This document shows positions 1 to 10,221 of a stretch of DNA of 64,000 bases, piece after piece. The DNA is from an uncultured Verrucomicrobiae bacterium (GTDB taxonomy: Bacteria > Verrucomicrobiota > Verrucomicrobiia > Limisphaerales > Palsa-1400). Below the pieces are notes generated by a model. That model worked only from the letters and a program-made list of their open reading frames with translations, was not told where the DNA came from and did no database searches. The position numbers and the translations under genes were made by a program. Where the stretch lies: positions 160,001 to 224,000 of the forward strand of contig CAVXRD010000003.1 in the NCBI GenBank assembly GCA_963764165.1. Direction: 5' to 3'. Numbering within the stretch: position 1 is the stretch's first letter; each line of letters begins with the position of its first letter.

Positions 1-1018
1 AGAAAACCACTGTGATGAATCCCGCGGCGCCGCCCACCAGCCCCGCGAAAATCCAAAGATGAGTGGCAGTCATGATGAACGGCAGCATCAGCAAGGCAAC
101 CGTGTAGCTCAAAAGGCCAATGGCCATGAGAGTCTGAAAGGAACGTCGCAAGGCCAGCCAACCGCAGACAAGCTGGCCCGCAAGGGCAAACATCGTCGTG
201 ACGGCGAGGAAGTTGTGGTAAGCCTTCTGGTCAAACCCATGTTCGGCGAGAACGGCTTCGTTGAACAAACCAAGCCCCGAAGAAACCAGATTGAACATCG
301 CCGCCGCCAAACCGAACGTCCAGAACGCTGGAGTCTTGAGCGCCTGCAAAAGGCTCAAGCTCGAAGCCGTGTCTGACCACTGCGTCTTTGCTTTCGCTCC
401 CAATCGATCATTGCGAAGAAAAAGCAGTGAGGCGGGCGCAATTCCCAACGCAAGCGCGAATGCAATTTGCCGCCACGCCGCTCGCCACCCGTGATCCGTC
501 ACGGCAGCGCCGACCACGACAAATCCCACCACGAAAAATGCGCTCAAGAGGAAGGAATAAATTCCCATCGCCAGCCCCATCCGTTTGCCGAACGCCCGTC
601 CAGCCACCGTAATGCTTGCCACCGAAAGCGCGCTTTGCCCAAAGGCTCGTGTCAACAACAGCAGCACAAAAAGCCCGGTCAATCCGCCCGTAAAAAGGCT
701 CATTCGCCAAACCGTTCCCGCCAGCAGGAGGACAAGCGCGGTTGCCACCCATTTTGAGCCCAGCCTGTCCATGAGATGCCCGGCCGGAAAACAAAATGCC
801 GCTCCCAGCAAAGTGGCCCAAAGATTGATCGCCGCGTAGCCGACGCGGTCAAGATGAAGGTCTTTCAGAAGCGGTTCGGTGATAAGCCCCAGCCCCTGCG
901 TGCGCCCCGGGAGCGTCGCCACCATCAGCAGCGCAGCGATGGTGATGGAAATCCATCCCCAATTGAACACACCGCGCCCGTCCTTCGAGGCAATCGCAAC
1001 ACGCGAAGCCGATGTCAT
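1..1018 (-). CDS. MFS transporter (partial, runs off left edge)
   Basis: Manual translation from ATG 1018: MTSASRVAIASKDGRGVFNWGWISITIAALLMVATLPGRTQGLGLITEPLLKDL...AGHLMDRLGSKW. Contains MFS motif A (GxxxDRxG) and hydrophobic helices; missing from the ORF track, presumably because its stop lies outside the window. Confidence 0.8.
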   Translation of the reverse strand, partial: MTSASRVAIASKDGRGVFNWGWISITIAALLMVATLPGRTQGLGLITEPLLKDLHLDRVGYAAINLWATLLGAAFCFPAGHLMDRLGSKWVATALVLLLAGTVWRMSLFTGGLTGLFVLLLLTRAFGQSALSVASITVAGRAFGKRMGLAMGIYSFLLSAFFVVGFVVVGAAVTDHGWRAAWRQIAFALALGIAPASLLFLRNDRLGAKAKTQWSDTASSLSLLQALKTPAFWTFGLAAAMFNLVSSGLGLFNEAVLAEHGFDQKAYHNFLAVTTMFALAGQLVCGWLALRRSFQTLMAIGLLSYTVALLMLPFIMTATHLWIFAGLVGGAAGFITVVF

Positions 1019-1663
1019 AATCGACGCATTGCACTGTTATCACGGTTGGCCTTCCGCATAGCCCCAAGTTTAGACAAATCGCCCTCGTGAAATCAATCAC
1101 CGCCAATTCACTTTGAGTGGAGATACGGCTGTGTTCGAGGGAGCGAAGCGAGGAAGAATCAGCCGCGGCGCGTCGCAATCCATCGGGGAGCTGATCGGTC
1201 AACGTGCTGCGACGCGTGAAGGCTGGCGTCCGTCATCCGCCTTTAACGGGCTATTAGCGGCGGACCTGAATTAACTGCGCGCGGTAGTTCAAGTATTTCA
1301 ACCTCAGGGTAAAACCCTCAGCGGCGCCTCATTACCGTCGCTTATCGGGTTGTCGAGGATCGAACCTGCAATCAGGCGGGGAAAGAAACTATTCTTTACT
1401 GAGTCGGGCTGCTTACGGTGGGGCATCCCTCGTTTCGCAGGGAAGCTGCCGGGTTGCCCGAAGAGCCTCGGTGGGGAATTTTCACCGCCAAGGAGGGGGA
1501 GGTGGCTCACTGGAAATTGAGGCCTCGTCTCAAATCAGCCGGCGCAAACATTGACAGGTTCATGTTGAACGGATCGCTGGCGAGGACGGGCAGGTGAACA
1601 CCCACCACGCTCTCTTGACGAAAAATGAATCGGAGGTCTGCAAAAATTATGAATTACGCAAAA

Positions 1664-2959
1664 ATGAAACTCACCGCCCTGGCTTGCATCCTGAGCCTGG
1701 GAGCCAGCATTTGCACGAGCAATGCCTGGTACAATTACGGATATGTTCGCTGCGATGCCAATCAGAGCCATGTCTACGACGTGAGCGATCCGGGCGTGCA
1801 AAGCCTGCTCGTCGTCACGACAAACATCAGCGGCACTTATTCCAACGCAAACTGGACCGAAGCCTCCGGGTTTTTCATTGTTCAATGCAGTAATTCCGAC
1901 ACCTACGTCAGCTACATCCATCCGGCAACGCTCCCGCCCGGCACCACCGAAGTGCTGCCGCAAACGTGGACCTTTACGCTCACGGACACAAGCGATATGG
2001 CCAGCAACAATTTTCTGATCGAGAACGACGGCTGCGTGAGCGCGGTTGCCTGCGGCCCGATGGAGACGAGCATCAATGCGGATATCGGCGGCGCGAGCAT
2101 CGCGGAAGGCAACACCATCTGGCTTGATGCCATCGCCGATTTCAGCGGCGTCGATGTCACCAACGGCACCATTGTTTCCTTCAAGAGCGCCACGATCACA
2201 TCCGACCAAATTAACGTTGCCGTGCCTGACACCACGATCACGTTCTCCACCAACGCCACCAATTCCACCGTATTTTACGACACGAACGCCAACGCTTGGA
2301 GCGTAACGGTTCCCGTCACGACCAAGAGGGACATTTTCTTCGGCGGAGTTCCGTTCCTGGCCACCAACAACATCCAGGTCGGCCGCAACGATGAGCTGAC
2401 GTGGACGGGTTATTTTTACTCCTCAACCGAGGCTGTTTCCGCAAGCTGGAAATTCGGAGCCGCCATTTACAACACCGCTCGCTATTCCGACCTTTTTGCG
2501 AATTTGAATGAAGACGATATCCTTGCTGTTGCCGGGACCGGCCGCAATTCAGACGATGCGGGGACGCCCGAGGGAATCGTTGGCGGCGTGACAATTAAGA
2601 ACACCACGGTCGGCGGGGGTGGATACTGTGGCGCAGGCCATGTGGCGGCGTTCTACACCACCAACGCCATCACCGGCTGCGGCACTCCCACTCGGAACCC
2701 GGCGCCGACCCATTGCGCTCCTGGCTGGCACTGGGACACATTCCCCGGCGACGGCCGCTGCGGCATCTCGGGTGGGTTCACCAATTATCCCGGCGGGCTG
2801 ACTAATACGATTTACGGTTGGTGCGGATACGGATGCGGCGAAAGTGGAGAAGGCGGTCATGCCGGCCAGAGCGGGCAAGGCGGCCAATGTGGAAGCCAAG
2901 GCGGCTACGCCGGCCAAGCCGGGCAAGGAGGTTGCAACACTGGCGGTCGTGGCCGGTAA
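1664..2959 (+). CDS. Secreted protein, SdrD-B/Cna-B-like N-terminal domain, Gly/Cys/Gln-rich tail
   Basis: Signal peptide MKLTALACILSLGASICTSNA; GYVRCDAN...DPGV...T.ASGFF resembles SdrD_B; C-terminal GQSGQGGQCG/GQAGQGGC repeats. Confidence 0.7.
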   Translation: MKLTALACILSLGASICTSNAWYNYGYVRCDANQSHVYDVSDPGVQSLLVVTTNISGTYSNANWTEASGFFIVQCSNSDTYVSYIHPATLPPGTTEVLPQTWTFTLTDTSDMASNNFLIENDGCVSAVACGPMETSINADIGGASIAEGNTIWLDAIADFSGVDVTNGTIVSFKSATITSDQINVAVPDTTITFSTNATNSTVFYDTNANAWSVTVPVTTKRDIFFGGVPFLATNNIQVGRNDELTWTGYFYSSTEAVSASWKFGAAIYNTARYSDLFANLNEDDILAVAGTGRNSDDAGTPEGIVGGVTIKNTTVGGGGYCGAGHVAAFYTTNAITGCGTPTRNPAPTHCAPGWHWDTFPGDGRCGISGGFTNYPGGLTNTIYGWCGYGCGESGEGGHAGQSGQGGQCGSQGGYAGQAGQGGCNTGGRGR

Positions 2960-2983
2960 TTCACGCTGAACATTCATTCTCGC

Positions 2984-3014
2984 GGCGGAGCGCCTGACGG
3001 CCTCCGCCTTTTTT
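2984..3014 (+). terminator. Intrinsic terminator
   Basis: GGCGGAG...CTCCGCC stem followed by T6. Confidence 0.75.
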
Positions 3015-3039
3015 GTTTTTCCTCCGTCATTTTGAGTGG

Positions 3040-3072
3040 CAGCGCGGCTGTGTAGAAGACCAGCCGCAGCGC
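3040..3072. repeat. REP-like arm (family GAGCGCGGCTGTGTCGAAGACCAGCCGCAGC)
   Basis: Near-identical to the arm at 54362-54396; degenerate relative near 1125-1175. Confidence 0.7.
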
Positions 3073-3343
3073 GTTGCGCCGACACGGGCGCCTCTCTTGG
3101 TCGAGATGCATTTGCGAACCACCCAGTTCCAATCACACGCGGCTTTCTCGCCGTCGTGTTTTGTTCTCCAAAACAAATCGATAATACGCGGGCATCGCGG
3201 CTGTGACCAAAGGCTGGCGGTTTCTCAATCGATGGCCGTCAACTCCGCGCTCATGTTTCTGCTGGGGATGCCGCGGCATGGCGATTGGCCTGCCGCGCTG
3301 CATCTGGCGGAATAGGTGGGAGTGGGCGAGAAAAATTGAATTG

Positions 3344-3426
3344 GCCACAGACGGACACAGATCAACACAGATCCAAAGCGGGCTGTTCATCAGAAAATCT
3401 GTGTAAATCTGTGTAAATCTGTGGCT
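3344..3426. repeat. Palindromic element with triple ACACAGAT / ATCTGTGT arms
   Basis: GCCACAGACGGACACAGATCAACACAGAT ... ATCTGTGTAAATCTGTGTAAATCTGTGGC. Confidence 0.7.
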
Positions 3427-3533
3427 CAACGTTCCCTTTTTCGAATCAATGGGATTCCTCGCCGGCGCCGCGCGCAGAATATAATCCCGACTGGTTGAAC
3501 CTTTTCTGGTTTTCGGCATTCCACTGATTGTAA

Positions 3534-4082
3534 ATGCTGGTGGTGGATGAAGACGAACAACTGCCCGTTGCGGAGGCCAGGGCCGGAGAACCGGCAGCTT
3601 GGGAATCGCTTTTCCGCCGCTACCAACTGCCGGTTTACGTCTATGTTTTTGAGTTGGTCCATAATGAGCAGGCGAGCCTCGACATTGTGCAGGAATCGTT
3701 CGTCGCGGCCACGCGCCACATCGGGAACCTCCGCGAGGACGCCAAATTCGGAAGCTGGCTTTTTGGCATTGCGCATCAGAAATGCATTCAACGCTGGCGA
3801 AAGCAGGATAGAGAATCCGCTGCCTTGGAGGAAATTTCCGCGGAACCCGAACGTTTCGAGGATGACCCCGTCGAGTTGCTCATTCGCCGGGAACAGGAGG
3901 AGGAGTTTATGAAGTTGCTGAGTCAATTGTCGCCAGCGCAGCGAGCCGTTTTGCTGCTGCATTTTCTCGAAGGCTTTTCGGTGGGGGAAATCGCCCGCAT
4001 TACCAATTCGACTCTCGGGACGGTGAAATCGCGCATGCACTACGCCAAAAAAGCGTTGAGAAAATTAATGGAGACCCCATGA
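3534..4082 (+). CDS. ECF sigma-70 factor
   Basis: Region 2 (DIVQESFV...FGSWLFGIA) and region 4 (LSPAQRAVLLL...EIA...GTVKSRMHYA). Confidence 0.95.
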   Translation: MLVVDEDEQLPVAEARAGEPAAWESLFRRYQLPVYVYVFELVHNEQASLDIVQESFVAATRHIGNLREDAKFGSWLFGIAHQKCIQRWRKQDRESAALEEISAEPERFEDDPVELLIRREQEEEFMKLLSQLSPAQRAVLLLHFLEGFSVGEIARITNSTLGTVKSRMHYAKKALRKLMETP

Positions 4083-4501
4083 AGACACCCCGCGATATTT
4101 TGTTCCTCCGGCATCGCTCAGCGGAATCCAAATTGGATGCGATTTCGCGCGGTGTCTTGAATCGGCTGCTTCCGGAAAAACCTTCGTCGCCACTCTTCTC
4201 GCTTATTTCGTTGCCGCGAGCTTTTTGGATGGAAGTGGTGTGGCCTGCGCGGCGAATTTGGATTGGGTTGGCGGCGGTGTGGATATTCATACTTGCCGCT
4301 GATCTTGATTTCCGCGCCGAGACGCCGCAACGAACCGCAGCCGTGGCATCGGATGGCGGGACGTTAGTTTTTGCCTATCGCGAAACGGAATTGTGGATGT
4401 CCGATTTCAGTGGAGGCCCGGCCCTGAAAAAGGAACAGCCATCGGAACCCGCTGCGCAGCCGCCGCGTTCCCAGCGCCGCTCCATTTTCGTCATCATTTA
4501 A
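4079..4501 (+). CDS. Putative anti-sigma membrane protein
   Basis: ATGA overlap with the ECF gene; single TM segment (IWIGLAAVWIFILAA). Confidence 0.6.
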   Translation: MKTPRDILFLRHRSAESKLDAISRGVLNRLLPEKPSSPLFSLISLPRAFWMEVVWPARRIWIGLAAVWIFILAADLDFRAETPQRTAAVASDGGTLVFAYRETELWMSDFSGGPALKKEQPSEPAAQPPRSQRRSIFVII

Positions 4502-4522
4502 CGTCAACAAGAGGATTGCAGC

Positions 4523-6292
4523 ATGGATGCAGCCAGCATACAGAAACCGCGCCCGCGTCGCCGGCTTGCTTGGCGGATTGTCCGGGTAACGGCAATCTCG
4601 GCGGCGTGTCTCGCGACGCTGATCGCGATGTTTTACACCGAGGAAAATTGGCGGGGCAAACGCGCGTGGGACCAATTCAAAAAGGAATTGCTGGCCAAGG
4701 GCGAAATGATTGAGTGGTCGGCTTTGATTCCTCCCCCCGTTCCTGACGAAAAGAACTTCTTCAAAGCGCCCGGCATTGCCGAAACAGATTGGCAAGATCG
4801 TGGGGAACACGATTTGGCAAAGAGCTTCTCAAAGGTGCTTCTCCGCGGAGGCACAAATTCGCAGGTCTTGGGCGAAGCGGAGATCGTGTCACCTGGCCGA
4901 CCGGATGCCGTTTCAATCGATGCGAGCATCGCGCCGTCCGAGGTTCGAAAGTGGCTCGCAAACGAACTGGGCAAAAGCACGGTTTCAGCATTGGGATTCT
5001 CTGTCATTGCGAAACATCTCGACCGTTCGGGCACAGCTCGAATCAGGCTGGCCGCGAGCAAACCGCTCACGGCGCTGGAGGTCGGGCGATTGTTTCACGA
5101 CGCTCTCGCGCCGTTTCCCAAGCCTGGAAACTGGAGCGAGATTCTGGTGAAACCTGCCGCCACCAACGCGTTCACTCTTACGTTCAGCATCCCTCCTGTT
5201 TCGGCGGCGGAATGGCTGAAACAAAACGCTGTTCTCGATCCAGACATCGATTCGATTCGCGAAGCTCTTCAACGGCCATTCGCTCGGATGGCCGGTGATT
5301 ATTCGGAACCTCTCCATGTGCCTATTCCCAATTTCATCACGCTGCGCACAGTGGCGCAGACTCTCTCGGATCGCGCCAAATGCCATCTTCTTCTTGACGA
5401 ACCGGATATGGCGCTGCGTGATTTGACGTTGCTGCATGAACTGGCAAGCATGCTTGAAGCCCGCCCGACCGGCCAGCCGACAACTCTTTTAGCCTCGATG
5501 ATTGCAGTCGCCATCACCGGGCTTTACGTGGACACCATCGCGGATGGTTTTCGATTGGGATGCTGGCAGGAGCCCCAATTCGCGCCCATGCAGCAACAGC
5601 TTTCACAGACTTACCTGATTCCGATCGTGACCCGATCATTCATGTGTGAACAGCTTTATGAAACTTCAGGTTTTGAGAAAGGCACGCTCCCGGCGGAATC
5701 CAAAGGGCATCGCGATATATTCAAGGTGTGGCGAAACTGGTGGGAAATGATGCGAGACCCATCTTCTCGTTTTTTGGCGCTTTCGCCGCGCGGATGGATC
5801 TATCGGAACATGATTAATTTGTGGCAACTGCCGGCGAATTCGGAAGTTGGCGATGTTTCCAATGCCATCATCTATCCGCAAAGGGCCAGGGCGCGGAAAG
5901 ACGCGCTCGCGTCAGAATCGCCACGGGCGCCGTATTCGTACCTGTGTGCGATTCTTATCCCAAACACGATAAAGGCATGGCAGAAAACGGCCCACCAACA
6001 AACCCGAGTCAACGAAGCTCTCATTGCCTGCGCGTTGGAGCGCTACCACATTGCCAACCACAGCTACCCGGAAACGCTGGACGCATTGGTTCCCCGATTT
6101 GCGGAAAAATTGCCTCACGATCTTATCGGCGGCGGACCGTTGCACTATCGGAGAACCAACAATGGGTCGTTCGTGCTCTACTCGATTGGGTGGAACGAAA
6201 AGGATGACGGCGGCAAAAGCGAACTGGACGGCGCCGGCAACGAATCCGAGGAGACAGGAGATTGGGTTTGGCGGGCCGTGCAAAATGAGTAG
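4523..6292 (+). CDS. Membrane-anchored protein with GspG-like C-terminus
   Basis: N-terminal TM; C-terminal ALERY...YPETLDALVP...PHDL...LHYRR...LYSIGWNEKDDGG. Confidence 0.7.
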   Translation: MDAASIQKPRPRRRLAWRIVRVTAISAACLATLIAMFYTEENWRGKRAWDQFKKELLAKGEMIEWSALIPPPVPDEKNFFKAPGIAETDWQDRGEHDLAKSFSKVLLRGGTNSQVLGEAEIVSPGRPDAVSIDASIAPSEVRKWLANELGKSTVSALGFSVIAKHLDRSGTARIRLAASKPLTALEVGRLFHDALAPFPKPGNWSEILVKPAATNAFTLTFSIPPVSAAEWLKQNAVLDPDIDSIREALQRPFARMAGDYSEPLHVPIPNFITLRTVAQTLSDRAKCHLLLDEPDMALRDLTLLHELASMLEARPTGQPTTLLASMIAVAITGLYVDTIADGFRLGCWQEPQFAPMQQQLSQTYLIPIVTRSFMCEQLYETSGFEKGTLPAESKGHRDIFKVWRNWWEMMRDPSSRFLALSPRGWIYRNMINLWQLPANSEVGDVSNAIIYPQRARARKDALASESPRAPYSYLCAILIPNTIKAWQKTAHQQTRVNEALIACALERYHIANHSYPETLDALVPRFAEKLPHDLIGGGPLHYRRTNNGSFVLYSIGWNEKDDGGKSELDGAGNESEETGDWVWRAVQNE

Positions 6293-6524
6293 AGCCCCAG
6301 GAATCGAAATTGCCACAGTTCAACCCACATGAAGAAAATTGTGGGTTTGCTGTTCAATCCTCCTGGCCTTCCCGGCAGACTTTCGCAAGGACCGTGAGCG
6401 CCGCACCGCCGGTAAAGCAGCGTGCCTGAGACTTGTTTCAGCAAGGCAGCGACGGACGCGAAGAAATTTGTCCAACGCCGCTCGCGCGCTTGTTTTCCGC
6501 GCCTGTTGGTTTCATAATGGACGG

Positions 6525-9500
6525 ATGATCACTTGCGCCCAGAGCCGGCCCGGCGTCCTTCGCCGGGCCTTTATTCCGGCTGCCGCGCTTTGGCTGATGA
6601 TTTTTTCGTGCCGGGGCGATATCATCTGGAGCGATCTGGGAGAGACCCTGGCCCACCAAACCGGCGCGGGCGTGGATATTCTTGGCGGCGCCGTGAAGCG
6701 CGACGACTCCGCCTCGGATGCGCTTTACTTCAAATTTCATGTCAACCCTATTTCCGACGCCGGGACGGAACCGTATCTCGCCGCCTTCGAATTGTTCGAG
6801 GGCGATACGGAGCGGCTGGCGGTTGGCAATGCGCTCAACGCCTGGGCTTACGGCGCGTTCAACGTGGCGGAGGTCGGCAAAACGAACTTCAACGTATTCG
6901 AAACAGGCAAAACGAACAATGTGCCTGTCGATTACGGCATTGATCTGAATTCCTCGAAGCCCACCGCGGCCGGGCGCGGCGGATATTACGAATACGAATT
7001 GCCGCGGCAGGGCATCGTGCGGACGATCGTTTTTAAAGTGCAATTTGTTCCGGGCGGAAAAGATGAAATCACCGCATGGCTTGATCCTGATCTCGGTCCA
7101 GGCGCAACGGAATCCTCCCAGCCCACGAATCTCACCACGAAATTCGCGGCCAAGGCTTCGTTCAACCAAATCCGCCTCCGTCACGAGGGGCGCGGCGATG
7201 GCTGGATTTTCAGCGAAATGGCGATTGCAACCTCCTTCAGCGATTTTGTGCTCGATGGCTCAAGCCAGTCGACGGGAACGGGCGCCGCGATCCGGCGAAG
7301 CGAATTGCCGTTCTCATTCCGCGTGTGGCAGCGCGAACAGGGATTGCCGCAGAATTTTGTGCGCGCGCTTGCGCAAACCAAAGATGGTTATATGTGGATC
7401 GGCAGCGACGCAGGCGTCAGCCGGTTCGACGGGGTCAGGTTTGTTTCGTTTGGTTTGCCGGAAGGCTTTTTGGTGGGGCCGGCGCAGGTGCTGCTGGGCG
7501 ATAAAGAGGGAGCGTTGTGGATTGGGAGCGCGGGGCGGGGCTTGGGCCGGTGGCAGAACGGGCGCTTCACCCCCTTTACCACGCAAAACGGGCTTCCCTC
7601 AGATTCGGTAAACGCGCTGTCCGAAGACGATGAAGGCCGGATTTGGATTGGCACCGAGGGCGGGCTCGGATTCTGGCGAAATGGGCATTTGGAGAATTAC
7701 AGCTCAATGAACGGGAAGTCCGTCGTCGCGCTCTGCCACGGTGACAAAGCGACGTGGATCGGAGTCAAGGGCGAGGGTGTGTTCCGAATGCAGAACGGCA
7801 CCGTCAAGAAATGGAGCGACGAATCGTTTCTGGACGATCCGCACTGCCTGCTGGTGGATCGCGAGCATCGCCTTTGGGTCGGCGCGGGGCAGGATTCCAT
7901 CTTCTACCAGGAGCTTTCGAAGTCAGATAATTCGTGGCGGCATTACCGGTTTCCCCGCCGTCTGGCGCGGCACTACATGAGCGCGCTGGCGGAGGATCCG
8001 GACGGCACGGTTTGGGCGGGCTCCGTCAGCGAGGGATTGTTTCAATTCAAGCACGGCAAACTTGTCGCGGTCAATGCCACCAGCGGGCTTGCCGATAGTT
8101 TGGTCGAGGCGCTGCTGGTGGATCGTGAAGGGAAACTTTGGGTCGGGACGCACGGCGGGTTAAATCGCCTGCGCCCGAAAAATATTTCCGTCATCAGCTC
8201 CAGCGAGGGACTGGGAAAAGGGGCGGTGCAGGGATTGGCCGAAGTCGCGCCCGGTCTGATTTGGGCCAGCAAGGCGAGCGAGGGGATTTTCGCCTGGGAC
8301 GGGCGCTACTTCACCGCCGTGCAGGCCGATGGCCTTTCCCCGCAAGACGGTTCGGTGGGGCCGCTGCTGGCGGCCAAGGATGGCAGTTGCTGGGTGGCCG
8401 GACCACGTGGACTTCTCCAATTCACCCATCCGCGCGGCCTGGAAACCAACGCCGGCCTGCCTGCGCTGACAAATCTGGAAATCAGCGCTCTCGCCGAAGA
8501 CGCCAAAGGCCGCATTTGGGCTGGCACACGCCAGGGCGAACTTTGGTGGAAGGACAACGACCAATGGCATTCGCAGAAGAACGGCGCCCACAGCCACGCC
8601 ATCACCGCCATCACTCCAGGATTCGGCGATGCTATTTGGGTGGGAACGGCGGGCGACGGATTGTTCCGCACCTCGGAAAAAGCGGATGGCCGCTGGGAAA
8701 AATGCACAGGTCTTTTGAGCGAGTGGATCCGGACGCTGCTCGCCGATGCGCGCGGCAATGTTTGGATTGGCACCGGCGGCGGCGGGTTGAGCCGATGGCG
8801 CTCCGATTCGCTCACGACCTTTACCATGCGCGAGGGCCTTCCCGACAATACTATTTCACAAATTCTGGAGGATGGCAGCGGCAACCTGTGGCTTGGCGGA
8901 GACCGCGGAATTGTGCGCGTCAGCGAAAAGGAATTGGATGATGTGGCGTCGCATAAAATTCAAGCCGGTTATCCCGAGGTCTACGGGCGCAACGAAGGAA
9001 TGCTCTCAGAGGAGTGCATCAGCGGATTTTTCCCACTCGGGCTTAAGACCCGTTCTGGTTTGCTTTGGTTTCCCACGCAGGAGGGAGTTGCGGTGGCGGA
9101 TCCCAACCATCTCGCGCCGCCGACGCCCCCGCCCGCCGTTGTCCTCGAGGAGATGCTGGTGGACGGCGTGCCGGTGACGGCGGATTCGCTGCACCTCGGC
9201 CCCGGCAAGCACCGCCTGGAATTTCGTTACACTGGTTTGGATTTCGATGCGCCGGAGCGGGTCCGTTTCCGCTATCGCCTGGAAGGCTTGGTGCCGGAAT
9301 GGGTTGAAGCGGGATCAAGCCGCTCGGCGTCATTTCCCTATGTGCCTTACGGCAATTATCGTTTTGAAGTGGTGGCGGGGAACGGGCAGGGGAACTGGAC
9401 GGCCTCCGGCGCCGGTGTCGACGTCGTTGTGAAACCTTACCTTTGGCAGACGTGGTGGTTTCGCGTCCCCGCTGTTGTTGGTTTGATTGCGTTGATTGCC

Positions 9501-10208
9501 ATCGCGGCGCGCGTCGCTGAAAAACGCAAACTCCAACGACGTGTCGACCAATTGGAAAAAGAGCGCGCGCTCGCCCGGGAACGCGAGCGCATCGCGCGGG
9601 ATTTGCACGACGATCTTGGCTCGTCGCTGGCGCGGATTTCGCTATTGAGCGGCCTGCTCAAGGCGGATCGCGACAATTCCCAACAGATCGAGAGCCACGC
9701 CATCAAGATTTCCCAATCCGCCGACCAAACCGTGCGGGCGCTGGAGGAAATCGTTTGGGCTGTGCGCCCCGGCAGCGATACGCTGCAGAGCCTGGTGGAA
9801 TATATGGCGCATTTTGCCAACGAACTTTTCGACGGAACGGGAATTCACTGCCGCCTGGATCTGCCATTGGATTTGCCCGCGCGCCCGCTGCCGCCAGATG
9901 TTCGCCATAACGTTTTCCTGGTTGTCAAGGAAGCCTTGACCAACGCTGTCAAACATGCCGGAGCGAAGGAAGTTTTCGTGCAGGCGCGCGCCACGGAAGA
10001 TTCGCTGGAACTGCTGGTGCAGGATGACGGCAAGGGATTCAATCCGGCAACTGCAAGGCGGGGCCAGGGCTTGGAAAACATGCGCCGCCGCGCCCAGGCG
10101 AACGGGGAGCAGGTGGATATTCAAACGGCCCCGGGCAAGGGCACGACCGTCCGCATAAAACTGCATTTTGCGCCCCTCCACTCCAATGGCCGGGCGGTGG
10201 TGGCATAG
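6525..10208 (+). CDS. Sensor histidine kinase (extra N-terminal domain, Reg_prop beta-propellers, Y_Y_Y, HisKA_3/HATPase)
   Basis: GLPxNxV.AL.ED..G.IWIGT repeats, FRYRLEG...YRFEV, TM, ERIARDLHDDLG, EALTNAVKHA, DDGKG; start uncertain. Confidence 0.92.
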   Translation: MITCAQSRPGVLRRAFIPAAALWLMIFSCRGDIIWSDLGETLAHQTGAGVDILGGAVKRDDSASDALYFKFHVNPISDAGTEPYLAAFELFEGDTERLAVGNALNAWAYGAFNVAEVGKTNFNVFETGKTNNVPVDYGIDLNSSKPTAAGRGGYYEYELPRQGIVRTIVFKVQFVPGGKDEITAWLDPDLGPGATESSQPTNLTTKFAAKASFNQIRLRHEGRGDGWIFSEMAIATSFSDFVLDGSSQSTGTGAAIRRSELPFSFRVWQREQGLPQNFVRALAQTKDGYMWIGSDAGVSRFDGVRFVSFGLPEGFLVGPAQVLLGDKEGALWIGSAGRGLGRWQNGRFTPFTTQNGLPSDSVNALSEDDEGRIWIGTEGGLGFWRNGHLENYSSMNGKSVVALCHGDKATWIGVKGEGVFRMQNGTVKKWSDESFLDDPHCLLVDREHRLWVGAGQDSIFYQELSKSDNSWRHYRFPRRLARHYMSALAEDPDGTVWAGSVSEGLFQFKHGKLVAVNATSGLADSLVEALLVDREGKLWVGTHGGLNRLRPKNISVISSSEGLGKGAVQGLAEVAPGLIWASKASEGIFAWDGRYFTAVQADGLSPQDGSVGPLLAAKDGSCWVAGPRGLLQFTHPRGLETNAGLPALTNLEISALAEDAKGRIWAGTRQGELWWKDNDQWHSQKNGAHSHAITAITPGFGDAIWVGTAGDGLFRTSEKADGRWEKCTGLLSEWIRTLLADARGNVWIGTGGGGLSRWRSDSLTTFTMREGLPDNTISQILEDGSGNLWLGGDRGIVRVSEKELDDVASHKIQAGYPEVYGRNEGMLSEECISGFFPLGLKTRSGLLWFPTQEGVAVADPNHLAPPTPPPAVVLEEMLVDGVPVTADSLHLGPGKHRLEFRYTGLDFDAPERVRFRYRLEGLVPEWVEAGSSRSASFPYVPYGNYRFEVVAGNGQGNWTASGAGVDVVVKPYLWQTWWFRVPAVVGLIALIAIAARVAEKRKLQRRVDQLEKERALARERERIARDLHDDLGSSLARISLLSGLLKADRDNSQQIESHAIKISQSADQTVRALEEIVWAVRPGSDTLQSLVEYMAHFANELFDGTGIHCRLDLPLDLPARPLPPDVRHNVFLVVKEALTNAVKHAGAKEVFVQARATEDSLELLVQDDGKGFNPATARRGQGLENMRRRAQANGEQVDIQTAPGKGTTVRIKLHFAPLHSNGRAVVA

Positions 10209-10221
10209 GACAAGATTTGTT

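Noticed and set aside
1400..1470. c-di-GMP-I riboswitch suggested by GCCGGGTTGCC
   Set aside because: The GGCAAAC...GAAA...GACGCAAA core is absent
2600..2959. RiPP precursor in the Gly/Cys-rich tail
   Set aside because: It is part of a large secreted protein, with no modifying enzymes nearby
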